The position numbers and the translations under genes were made by a program. DNA of 64,000 bases from a virus: positions 32,001-96,000 of IMG/VR virus record IMGVR_UViG_3300040856_003274. One strand, 5' to 3'. The notes under the pieces are model-generated. The model did not search any database and had not been told where the DNA came from. It saw only the letters and a list, made by a program, of their open reading frames with translations. Below, piece after piece: positions 20,567 through 29,859 of this stretch (its first letter is position 1; each line of letters opens with the position of its first letter).

Positions 20567-21268
20567 ATGATTGACAACCTCAAAATATCTATACACGGGT
20601 CATGCGTCACTAGAGATGCCTTCAACTACCCTCCCTTCGGTAAAGAACATATCCATTACTATCAGGCTCGGTCTTCTCTCTGTACAAAACATCTCCCCCC
20701 CGCTCAACCTCCCCAAGCCCTCTTAGACGCGCTCTCTAATAAGTTTAAAACAAAAATGCTCACCTTTGACCTCTCAAGAGCACCTATACCAAACCAATAC
20801 CCTGTCATCTTCGACCTCATAGATGAACGCTTTGAGGTATGTGAGTATCAAGGTGTCTCATACACCCAGTCTGAGAACCCACAAGGGATCACACCCTCCA
20901 TCATACACCCAAAACACTCTCAAGAGAGATTAGACCTCTTCTCTCAAGGTGTCTCTCACATATATCACCGACTCAAAGAAACTCCCGTTCTACTCCATAA
21001 AGCCCATTACGCTACACAATACCGTTGCTCTGTAGACTCTACCCTTAAACCCCTGCCTACAGATAAAGAACACATCAAAGCTATGAACGCATACCTCGAC
21101 ACCCTACACGACGCTTTCTTACAAGCTGTCCCACACGCTATCCCCATAGAGGTAGACCAGTCCCTTAGAGTCGCTAACCCAAACCACATATGGGGACTCG
21201 CACCCTATCACTACATAGATGACTATTACGCGTCCTTACAAAGGCTCATACTCGACGCTCTAAAATAA
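20567..21268 (+). CDS. DUF6270-like (SGNH-related) protein
   Basis: IHGSCVTRDAF, DLIDERF and HIWGLAPYHY motifs, recalled as this family. Confidence 0.65.
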   Translation: MIDNLKISIHGSCVTRDAFNYPPFGKEHIHYYQARSSLCTKHLPPAQPPQALLDALSNKFKTKMLTFDLSRAPIPNQYPVIFDLIDERFEVCEYQGVSYTQSENPQGITPSIIHPKHSQERLDLFSQGVSHIYHRLKETPVLLHKAHYATQYRCSVDSTLKPLPTDKEHIKAMNAYLDTLHDAFLQAVPHAIPIEVDQSLRVANPNHIWGLAPYHYIDDYYASLQRLILDALK

Positions 21269-21329
21269 CCCTCCGCCAGCCCCCCCCCTGCTCACTTCTC
21301 GCTTCTGACGAAATGTTTACAGCTAGGGC

Positions 21330-21530
21330 GCAAATTGTTTTCAAATTAATTTGACCCTCCGAGCAAATTAATTTGGGATCAGAGCAAATTGTTTTCAAAT
21401 TAATTTGACCGAGAACCCGCTTTAGTAAGCTATTCTTGCCCAAATTAATTTGGAGTAAGAGCAAATTGTTTTCAAATTAATTTGGGTTTTGGGGCAAATT
21501 AATTTGGGCTTAAGGCAAATTGTTTTCAAA
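21330..21530. repeat. Phased AT-rich palindrome array (candidate origin or bent-DNA site)
   Basis: CAAATTAATTTG at 21342, 21364, 21396, 21441, 21473, 21495; GCAAATTGTTTTCAAA at 21330, 21384, 21461, 21515. Confidence 0.85.
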
Positions 21531-21765
21531 CCCCAGTCAAAATGTTTTTAAAAACCTGTGTCCTGAGAGAGCCTCTTAGGGGGGTTTGTCCTTACCGCGT
21601 CTCAACGAGACGTAGGTCAGACCTTGAAAACCTTAAATCCGCAAGAAAAACGAAAAGGCGAAGAGTCTTGCGGATTTTGGGGTCTAGATTTCTTAGGGGA
21701 GAGCATGGGCTCGAAAAGCGCCGACTCAATTCTATATTTTGAGGTCTAAGGAAGCCTTGCAGGGG

Positions 21766-22320
21766 TCAGCGTTTGCGCCTCTTGTGGTTAGAGGTGAGGT
21801 TAGCGAGCGCCTCATAGGGTATGACGACCATTTGCGGATTTCTTGTGTCCCCTCGCGAGGGCTTTTGCTTAGGTTTATTGCTACGGTGAGGATAGACGTT
21901 GAGCTCCCATGATCTCCTCTTAGAGCTTATGGCTCTCTTGCGCCATCCGTTGAGACTAATCTCCTCAAGCTGGGTGTCATTCATCCCGCCGTCGAACATA
22001 GAGATGACCCTAACAGACGCGCCATGTTTCTCTGCGAGATCGAAGTAGGGTTTACACTCGTATTGGGTAGCGAAGATGTTGTGTACGATGACGGTAGAGA
22101 TTGTGTCGTCTTGTAGGGAGTCCTCAACGCGCTTTAAGCAGTCAGCGTATGCTTCAGGGAGCTTGTTAGGGTCGAAGATCGTTTCCTCACTCTCCTCGTC
22201 GTAGAAGAAATCTTCAATAGCGTGAGCTACGCAGTCATCGTTTCCCTGAACCATGATATCGGCTACCTCAGTTTTGCCTGCGGAGGGTAGCCCTCTTAAT
22301 ATGTAAAGTTGCTTGTCCAT
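21766..22320 (-). CDS. P-loop kinase (AAA_33 / polynucleotide-kinase-like)
   Basis: LYILRGLPSAGKT Walker A; VIVHNIF; PYFDLAEKHG. Confidence 0.75.
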   Translation of the reverse strand: MDKQLYILRGLPSAGKTEVADIMVQGNDDCVAHAIEDFFYDEESEETIFDPNKLPEAYADCLKRVEDSLQDDTISTVIVHNIFATQYECKPYFDLAEKHGASVRVISMFDGGMNDTQLEEISLNGWRKRAISSKRRSWELNVYPHRSNKPKQKPSRGDTRNPQMVVIPYEALANLTSNHKRRKR

Positions 22321-22376
22321 AATATCGTCCTTGGTTTGTGATTGGAGGGCGATTTTATGGGCGAGCTATCGGTAAG

Positions 22377-22940
22377 TCAAGGGTGCTGTTGCAGGTTACA
22401 GAGGGCTCCGAGCATATCTAAGAGAGTAGGGTCTTGGGAATTGAAGCCGTTGTTACGGACATACGTTTTGAGCTTTTCTTGAACCATTGCGATATTGTCG
22501 GATCGCTCGATTTGCTCCTGAGTGAGGATCTCTTTAATCTCCCATGTACGGAGATTAAAGGTAGCCTCGTTTCCGTGGAAGTCTTTGAGGAGGAAGACAT
22601 TTTCTTCGTCAGTGGCTTCCCAAGAGATTTGGGCTTGCTCTCCGCAGATTGTTGTACGCATGAACCCATTAGATGAGGGTACGAAGGGGTGTTCAGTGAG
22701 AAGGGTTTCCTCTCCGAGGTATGGGTAGGTAGTTGAGGGGTTGTATTTAGGGAGGTTAGCGCCTTCAGTCTCTACCTTAAGGGGCTTGATTGACTTTAGA
22801 GCTTCTTTAAAAGGGTCTTTGGTCGGGTAGGCTTGGAAGACTTTGAAGAAGAAAGGAGCGCCGTGGGTGTTTGGGAGCTCAAGGCTGACTTCAGCCTCAT
22901 AGTTTTTAGAGTTAACGGTGTCGGTGGCGAACAATCGCAT
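22377..22940 (-). CDS. Hypothetical protein
   Basis: 187 aa ORF co-oriented with the kinase. Confidence 0.6.
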   Translation of the reverse strand: MRLFATDTVNSKNYEAEVSLELPNTHGAPFFFKVFQAYPTKDPFKEALKSIKPLKVETEGANLPKYNPSTTYPYLGEETLLTEHPFVPSSNGFMRTTICGEQAQISWEATDEENVFLLKDFHGNEATFNLRTWEIKEILTQEQIERSDNIAMVQEKLKTYVRNNGFNSQDPTLLDMLGALCNLQQHP

Positions 22941-23035
22941 GGTTTCTCATCTTTCTTGATAAGTGAATGTGCGGTATAGATGGTGTCGAGCTTGTCTTAC
23001 TTGCTCTACACTTACTTAACGGGGGAGAGCCCAAA

Positions 23036-23548
23036 ATGATAACGCTGAATCGTAAAAAATATGTTGAAGACCTGATGGAGCTCTCTTTGAGCTTCGCAGA
23101 AAATTGTATAGGTCAAGTGACTTTACCCTTCGTTTTGTATGTGAACGAGGTGGAAGACCTGGACAACTATATTCTTAGCTCAAGTGTGCGGGTTTTTAAC
23201 TTTGAGGACGACGCGTGCCTCGAAGAGGACTGCCCCGTGTGTAAAGGGGAGGCGCTTCCTCATGCTTATTATGAGAGATTAGAGATTAAAGAGGTGTGTG
23301 AGAGCTCTTACGTGTATGGTTACTTGTTTGGAGCGACAGCTCGCGCTGAGATCGCGGGTCAAGAAGGGGAGATTTTGATTATAATCTACGAGGGGGAGTT
23401 TGAGCCTGCTGTTTTAGCGGTGATTTTAGAGGATGACGGGAGTCTAACCCCCTTACCGCCACTTGTAGGGGAAGAGGCGATCAAGACATCAGGAGAAGTG
23501 ACGAGTTGTTTTCTTGGGACATACACAAAAGACCTGACAGTACACTAA
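23036..23548 (+). CDS. Hypothetical acidic protein with CPVC motif
   Basis: GGGGGAG upstream of ATG 23036. Confidence 0.6.
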   Translation: MITLNRKKYVEDLMELSLSFAENCIGQVTLPFVLYVNEVEDLDNYILSSSVRVFNFEDDACLEEDCPVCKGEALPHAYYERLEIKEVCESSYVYGYLFGATARAEIAGQEGEILIIIYEGEFEPAVLAVILEDDGSLTPLPPLVGEEAIKTSGEVTSCFLGTYTKDLTVH

Positions 23549-23561
23549 CAGGAGCACGTAC

Positions 23562-23744
23562 ATGAGCTTTAAGATTAAGACAGAGCACTCAACAGGCCAT
23601 CAAATCGTGACATTCGGCGGTAAGAAAGCCTTAATTCGAGACGAATGGGTGCTTATTTGCGCTTTTGACGAGTCTAAGAAAGCATGGATACCGAAAACTT
23701 ATGATATCCAAGCGATCTTAGACTACTTTAACGGCTTAAGTTAG
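23562..23744 (+). CDS. Small hypothetical protein
   Basis: AGGAG RBS; 60 aa. Confidence 0.6.
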   Translation: MSFKIKTEHSTGHQIVTFGGKKALIRDEWVLICAFDESKKAWIPKTYDIQAILDYFNGLS

Positions 23745-24305
23745 GTAGCGGAGGGAGTCGAGGGTTTCAGAGGTAGCTCTCCACACGTTTTTAGGCACTT
23801 TAGATACGAGAGGAAGACCTCCTGCCTCTCTCTCGTTAAGAATACGGTTACGAGCGTGGTATTGAGCCCTTTGATGGGTTCTCTCGCGCTCAACACCTGG
23901 ATCATCGACGAGAGCATTAAATAATACGAACAAGATTAGAGCGATGCCCGCGCCAGGGATGAAATAGGCGAGTGTAGCCGCGACGACTGCAATGCCTAAA
24001 ACAGAGTTGCTGATCCCCAGCTCTTTACGGAAAAAGTGGGTAAAGAACTCCTTAACCTTCTGAAAAGAGCTCCGTGGAGGTACTTTTTCGAGGGATTTCA
24101 TAAACTCAGGGTTTCTTTGGAGCTCTCGGACAGCCTTTTTGATGTCTCGCTCAGGCATGTAGAGAAGAGCTTTCTCAACGCCTTTGCCAAAGGAGCTGAG
24201 CATAGACAGCACCTTTTCTTTAAGCCTTTGGAGGGCGGCTTCTTTCTCAATGTGGGCAACTCTGTGTTGGAGGCTAGCGAGCCTCATCATTTGTTGATTG
24301 TTCAC
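23736..24305 (-). CDS. Hypothetical membrane protein with RLAS/RVA leader
   Basis: Long hydrophobic hairpin; N-terminus MMRLASLQHRVAHIEKEAA. Confidence 0.65.
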   Translation of the reverse strand: MNNQQMMRLASLQHRVAHIEKEAALQRLKEKVLSMLSSFGKGVEKALLYMPERDIKKAVRELQRNPEFMKSLEKVPPRSSFQKVKEFFTHFFRKELGISNSVLGIAVVAATLAYFIPGAGIALILFVLFNALVDDPGVERERTHQRAQYHARNRILNEREAGGLPLVSKVPKNVWRATSETLDSLRYLT

Positions 24306-24355
24306 TATCTTAATCTTTCTTAAGTGGGTGTTTGAGGGGGATACAGCTACTAATC

Positions 24356-25123
24356 TTATAGAGACATTACTAATCTAGCGTAATCTTCTGCTTTAGCGAG
24401 CTCTACGGCGGTATTTACTCCGTGGAGCTCGCGAACGGCTTCTCCTCTCAAGATCGGACAAAGTATTTTAATTTTTTTCCTGTACGCGTATTCGATCATA
24501 TCTGTGAGGTAATACTCCCCCTGCGCGTTGTCTGTCCCTACCGTGTCGAGCGCCTCGAAAAGGAGCTTAGCGTCTACACGGTACAAGCCTGTATTGACCT
24601 CTTTGACTTCCAACTCTTCATGTGAGCAGTCTCTCGCTTCGCGGATAGCGCAGAGGTTACCTTTCTGATCTCTCAGTAACCGCCCACACATATAAGAGTA
24701 TTGGTCCCTCTCAGCGCCCACCACTAACATCTTACAGTCCTCAGAAGGTTTCTTAAGATCGAGCATAAGCTGTGCAGACAGGTTAGGTGTATCTCCTGAG
24801 ATGATCCACACATCGCCGTTAAGATTACCTAGCTCCTTACGAGCACTCATTACAGCATCTGCTGTCCCCCTCTGTTCTTCCTGTAGAGCCCATGAGATTA
24901 CATCGCTCTTAATGTGCTTTTGTACGGTGCGGATTACAGCATCTGCTTCATGTCCTACGACGATGATCACTTTCTCCATACCTGCTTTAAGGGCTGAGCG
25001 GGCAACTCTTACGATCATAGGAACACCGAGGACAGTATGTAAGACTTTAGGTTTGCTTGAGCCCATACGAGTACCTTTACCTGCGGCAAGAATAATCGCG
25101 GTTTGGGGTTGGGTTGTTTTCAT
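24356..25123 (-). CDS. glmU: GlmU N-terminal uridyltransferase domain only
   Basis: ILAAGKGTRMGS.KPKVLH, QEEQRGTADAV, EVNTGLY, NAQGEYYLTD, GVNT; the protein ends before the hexapeptide acetyltransferase domain. Confidence 0.88.
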   Translation of the reverse strand: MKTTQPQTAIILAAGKGTRMGSSKPKVLHTVLGVPMIVRVARSALKAGMEKVIIVVGHEADAVIRTVQKHIKSDVISWALQEEQRGTADAVMSARKELGNLNGDVWIISGDTPNLSAQLMLDLKKPSEDCKMLVVGAERDQYSYMCGRLLRDQKGNLCAIREARDCSHEELEVKEVNTGLYRVDAKLLFEALDTVGTDNAQGEYYLTDMIEYAYRKKIKILCPILRGEAVRELHGVNTAVELAKAEDYARLVMSL

Positions 25124-25176
25124 GCGGTTACTCCAAGATTAGGTTTACTAGAGCCTAAATAAGAAAAGTAGTAAAC

Positions 25177-25236
25177 TCCAGGCAGAAAGCCCCCCGCCGT
25201 AGCAATCCTAAGATCACTAGGGCGGGGGGCTTTCCT
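25177..25236 (-). terminator. Island-terminal hairpin (terminator-like)
   Basis: GAAAGCCCCCCGCC...GGCGGGGGGCTTTC stem right after the 25238 stop. Confidence 0.7.
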
Positions 25237-25237
25237 T

Positions 25238-25480
25238 TTAATCGTCTGACTCTTCCTCGTCCTCACCATCGTGGTCGTGGTCGTTCCACTCTTCGAGTGT
25301 ATCGACCATGCTACAGCCACAGCCACCCATGTAGCCGTGGTCGTTGTCGAGGATCATTTGCAGTTGCGCGACCCAATACGCGTTAGCGCGGGCTTGCGCG
25401 TGGTCAGGTACGAGGCTCGTAGCCTCTGAAGCGAGCTCTCTCATCTCTTGGATGATTTGCTCAAAACGATATGCGCTCAT
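25238..25480 (-). CDS. Small acidic hypothetical protein (island 1)
   Basis: AGGAG RBS following a hairpin element. Confidence 0.7.
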   Translation of the reverse strand: MSAYRFEQIIQEMRELASEATSLVPDHAQARANAYWVAQLQMILDNDHGYMGGCGCSMVDTLEEWNDHDHDGEDEEESDD

Positions 25481-25504
25481 AGTAGTCTCCTATGTGTGAG
25501 CTTT

Positions 25505-25593
25505 TAAGATTAAGGGAGTCTCTAGGACTCCCGACACCTTATCCCCCCACCGTCTGATCTGCACTAGGGCATCTCAGAGGGTGAGGGTTTAAG
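25505..25593 (-). repeat. Intercistronic double-hairpin element
   Basis: CCCTCACC-CTCTGAGATGCCCTAGTGCAGATCAGA-CGGTGGGGG...GGTGTCGGGAGTCCTAGAGACTCCCTTAATCTTAA; near-identical to 63018-63107. Confidence 0.85.
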
Positions 25594-25626
25594 ATTAGGG
25601 TGAGGGTTTCCTCGTAGAGGAAAAGG

Positions 25627-26010
25627 TTAAGGCTGTGTCGCCAACCTAACCTTGTCGATCTCTACGAGTATGGAAAAGCCTTCCTCAGCGATCTCCTCAA
25701 CGCTCTTGACTTGCTTGAGCGCGAGGTCTTCACGCTCAAAAGTCACCGTATCTGAAGATTTCGTGACTTTATAACCGACACAGAGCGCACGAACGCGCCC
25801 CATTACGGTTGCGCTCGCCCCGTTCCAACAGTCACCCTTGAAGGTGACTTTGAGTCCACCTTTAAGGGGCTCAATCACCGCCAAACGGCATTGGTAACAG
25901 TTGACGTAGATGACCTTATCAAGAGGTAAAACCTCTAAGTTGCCTTTCGCAAGGGAACCTGAGGTTTTACCCAAGATGTGTCTCCACATCTCTTTTTCCA
26001 CTTTTCGCAT
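25627..26010 (-). CDS. Hypothetical protein (island 1)
   Basis: AAGGAG RBS following a hairpin element. Confidence 0.7.
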   Translation of the reverse strand: MRKVEKEMWRHILGKTSGSLAKGNLEVLPLDKVIYVNCYQCRLAVIEPLKGGLKVTFKGDCWNGASATVMGRVRALCVGYKVTKSSDTVTFEREDLALKQVKSVEEIAEEGFSILVEIDKVRLATQP

Positions 26011-26028
26011 TTGATCTCCTTAAATGCT

Positions 26029-26121
26029 TTAAGATTAAGGGAGTCTCTAGGACTCCCGACACCTTATCCCCCCACCGCCCAACCTGCTTAGAGCAGATTA
26101 GAGGGTGAGGGTTAAGGTGTT
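26029..26121 (-). repeat. Intercistronic double-hairpin element
   Basis: ACACCTTAACCCTCACC...GGTGGGGGGATAAGGTGT-CGGGAGTCCTAGAGACTCCC-TTAATCTTAA. Confidence 0.85.
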
Positions 26122-26160
26122 TTAGACTCGGTAGCGGGCGCGGGTTAGAGGAGGTGCGTT

Positions 26161-26679
26161 TTACTTAACTTCCTTCACCCATAGGTTACCATCGCGAAGG
26201 TAACCTCGAATTTGAAAAAAATCCGAGGTTACCTTCACTTGGTACGTCCCCCTCTTGGTGAGTTGCTCACCTGGAGGAAGATCCTTCCTCACCATGTGCA
26301 AGACTGTCCCCCCTCGCGGAGTAACAAGCCTTTCACACATCTCTGCTATATCGGAAGCGATAGCTAATGTTGTTGTGTTCAAAACGTAGGTGCTGAACAC
26401 AATCTCAAACGAGTTTACAGGGAGCTTGTTAGAGACTCCCTCCCACCCACTCACATCATCTTCCCCGTTGAACGGGTCATACGCGTAAACGCGATGACCC
26501 ATCTTGCGGAGCGCATCAGCATGGCGACCATGCCCTGCGCCGAAGTCCAAGATGTACATACTGTCATCATAGTCTCCGAAAAACTCTAACAGCTCTTTAT
26601 TGGGCTTCGCATTTTTCATTGCGGTCTTGGCTGATGCCGCTTCAGAGTACAACTCCGAGTCCGTTTTTTGCTCGCTCAT
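26161..26679 (-). CDS. Class I SAM-dependent methyltransferase (island 1)
   Basis: ILDFGAGHGR, YAYDPF, FEIVFSTYVLN. Confidence 0.8.
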   Translation of the reverse strand: MSEQKTDSELYSEAASAKTAMKNAKPNKELLEFFGDYDDSMYILDFGAGHGRHADALRKMGHRVYAYDPFNGEDDVSGWEGVSNKLPVNSFEIVFSTYVLNTTTLAIASDIAEMCERLVTPRGGTVLHMVRKDLPPGEQLTKRGTYQVKVTSDFFQIRGYLRDGNLWVKEVK

Positions 26680-26770
26680 AGTAACTCCTATTAATGTGAG
26701 CGTTTTAGATTAAGGGAGTCACTAGGACTCCCGAAAACGATGGGGAGCGACCGCCCCCCTTTACTAACAT

Positions 26771-26794
26771 TACGGATTACTTTTTTCCCCCGAC
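26771..26794 (-). promoter_or_regulatory. 24-bp conserved promoter-like box
   Basis: Exact GTCGGGGGAAAAAAGTAATCCGTA; its final TA begins a TAnnnT hexamer, then a GGG hairpin, RBS and gene. Confidence 0.8.
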
Positions 26795-26911
26795 ATTACA
26801 GTTTCTCGCCACGGCCCACGCGCATACGCGCACGCGTGTACATGTGTGCGTCATGTACGCGAACGCACGCCAGCGACATGACGCTCAAGCGCGAGCGCGA
26901 GCCCCCCACGA

Positions 26912-26954
26912 CGTATAGAATTCAGACAGGCAATCCGTTTTAGAATTCTATACG
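26912..26954. promoter_or_regulatory. Central inverted-repeat hub
   Basis: CGTATAGAATT-N21-AATTCTATACG. Confidence 0.8.
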
Positions 26955-26995
26955 CGGTATAGCAGGCGCACCTACGCGTACACGCGTGTGGTTTT

Positions 26996-27019
26996 GTCGG
27001 GGGAAAAAAGTAATCCGTA
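26996..27019 (+). promoter_or_regulatory. 24-bp conserved promoter-like box
   Basis: Exact copy, divergent from the 26771 copy. Confidence 0.8.
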
Positions 27020-27093
27020 ATGTTAGTAAGGGGAGGCACTGAGCTTCCCATAACTTTAATGGCTCTCTGAGCCCATTTATGAAAGGTATTCGC

Positions 27094-28140
<1,047 letters not shown>

Positions 28141-28183
28141 GAGCGGAGCTGAGCTGAGCTAAGGTCGCGTGTGTTTGAGTGAG

Positions 28184-28275
28184 ACACCTTAACCCTCACC
28201 TTCTGAGATGTCCTAGACAGATCAGACGGTGAGGGCTTGAGGTGTCGGGAGTCCTAGAGACTCCCTTAATCTTAG
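28184..28275 (+). repeat. Double-hairpin element
   Basis: Same family; inner stem is TGT-CCTAG-ACA versus TGC-CCTAGT-GCA in other copies. Confidence 0.85.
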
Positions 28276-28314
28276 CTGAGGCGCGTGCTTACGATTACTG
28301 AACCTCCCACGAAA

Positions 28315-28382
28315 ACAGAAAGCCCCTCACCCTCTAATCTGCTCTAAGCAGGTCAGAGCGGTGAGGGGCTTTCTGTCGGGAC
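28315..28382 (+). terminator. Island-terminal hairpin ending TTTCTGTCGGGA
   Basis: ACAGAAAGCCCCTCACC...GGTGAGGGGCTTTCTGT stem. Confidence 0.75.
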
Positions 28383-28481
28383 TCGTTGCTTTTCTTACGT
28401 TACCGCGCCCCAATAATCTTTTGACTTTAATATTAAGAGTATGACCGCGAGGGGGATAGACTAGCTGAAAAGAGTGCTCTA

Positions 28482-29288
28482 ATGAAACCGACCTTTGTTA
28501 TTCTTGTGCTTATCGACATAGTAGACTCGACCAAGTTTATTGAGCGAGTAGGGGATATGCACGCCTCTGAGGTGATGAGAGTATATGACCGTATCTTTAG
28601 AGGTCTTCTTATCAAGTACGAGGGGCTAGAGATTGACAAGACGGACGGGGCGCTGTTGCTATTTGAGACAATGAAAGATGCGCTTAACTACATCCAAGCC
28701 TACCACAGTATGGTGGAGAGACATCTAGGGCTAAAGTCTAGGGCAGGTATTCATTGTGGTTATGTCATCATGCACTCTAACTCACAGTTGTTTGTATCTA
28801 GGGGAGCTAAGCCCATTGAGGTTGAGGGGATACAGAAGGCTATCGCGGCTCGGATTATGAGCTTAGCTGGGGGAGGTCAGACCTTTCTTAGCAAGCGTGC
28901 AGGTGAGTATGCCGCATCGGTGCGCGGTAAGCTCTTAATGAGGGATTTAGGTATGTGGAAGCTCAAGGGAGTTAAAGACCCTATGCAGTTGTACGCTATA
29001 GGTGATGATATCAACCGCCTCGCCCGCCCCAAAGAGACAGAGAAGGTTAAGCTAGTGAAACCTCCTAAGCTAACCCCTAGAGAGCGCCGTGATAGGTTTC
29101 TTAGGCGCTACGTATACTTCCCTATCGCCGTCTTTTCTTTTTACGTTTGGGTGTCGTGGTTAGCTTTCTTAGAGTATTTCGGCGCTTTCGGCTACGGGTG
29201 TGAAGTGTTCAAGACCACGAAGCTCGTTATGGACTATATGACGCTACCATTTTACAAAGCCTTTTGGGTGTGGCTGTTCAACCTGTAG
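28482..29288 (+). CDS. Class III nucleotidyl cyclase with C-terminal TM segment
   Basis: DIVDST and KTDG metal Asp residues, RAGIHCG, AARIMSLAGGGQTFLS, LKGV. Confidence 0.88.
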   Translation: MKPTFVILVLIDIVDSTKFIERVGDMHASEVMRVYDRIFRGLLIKYEGLEIDKTDGALLLFETMKDALNYIQAYHSMVERHLGLKSRAGIHCGYVIMHSNSQLFVSRGAKPIEVEGIQKAIAARIMSLAGGGQTFLSKRAGEYAASVRGKLLMRDLGMWKLKGVKDPMQLYAIGDDINRLARPKETEKVKLVKPPKLTPRERRDRFLRRYVYFPIAVFSFYVWVSWLAFLEYFGAFGYGCEVFKTTKLVMDYMTLPFYKAFWVWLFNL

Positions 29289-29334
29289 GCTCGTATTCTT
29301 TTTATAAGATTAGAGTGATAAAAGGAGTCTTTAG

Positions 29335-29856
29335 ATGAATAACAAGCAGTTTACTCAGAGCGAGAAAGCCAAGAGAGGCTGGTGGGCTAGTGTGGTGTTC
29401 ATGCTACTCATAGTCGTACTGATCGTTTTCTTATCTTACGTGGAGATACAGAAAGAGAACCGTGACATACTTATAGGTATTATTGGTATGTTGACGGGTT
29501 CGATTAGTTCAATGTTAGCCATCGCATCAGGCCGTGACCCGTCTGAGGTAGAGGAGCTAAAAGACAAGCTCGCGAGCGCCAATGCAGACAGGGAAGCCCT
29601 CATCGCGAGGCTCAGGGACGCTCAGATACAGATGCAACTCCTAAGAAGTCAGATTTTCGAGCTTCAAAACGCGGTAATCGAGAAGCTTTCTGTCTTCATG
29701 GGTAACTCCCCTATAAAAACAAAAGATGTTGGTGATGTGGAAGTCCCTGAAGTGGTTAAGGAGTGGCTACCGAAACCCACAAAAGAAACACCTCCTCCCC
29801 CTAAAAAGGAACAATCTAAGGAACAACCTAAGGAACCTGCTAAGAAAGGTAAGTAA
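29335..29856 (+). CDS. 2-TM plus coiled-coil membrane protein
   Basis: Two hydrophobic helices, coiled coil, Pro/Lys tail; AGGAG RBS. Confidence 0.7.
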   Translation: MNNKQFTQSEKAKRGWWASVVFMLLIVVLIVFLSYVEIQKENRDILIGIIGMLTGSISSMLAIASGRDPSEVEELKDKLASANADREALIARLRDAQIQMQLLRSQIFELQNAVIEKLSVFMGNSPIKTKDVGDVEVPEVVKEWLPKPTKETPPPPKKEQSKEQPKEPAKKGK

Positions 29857-29859
29857 GAC

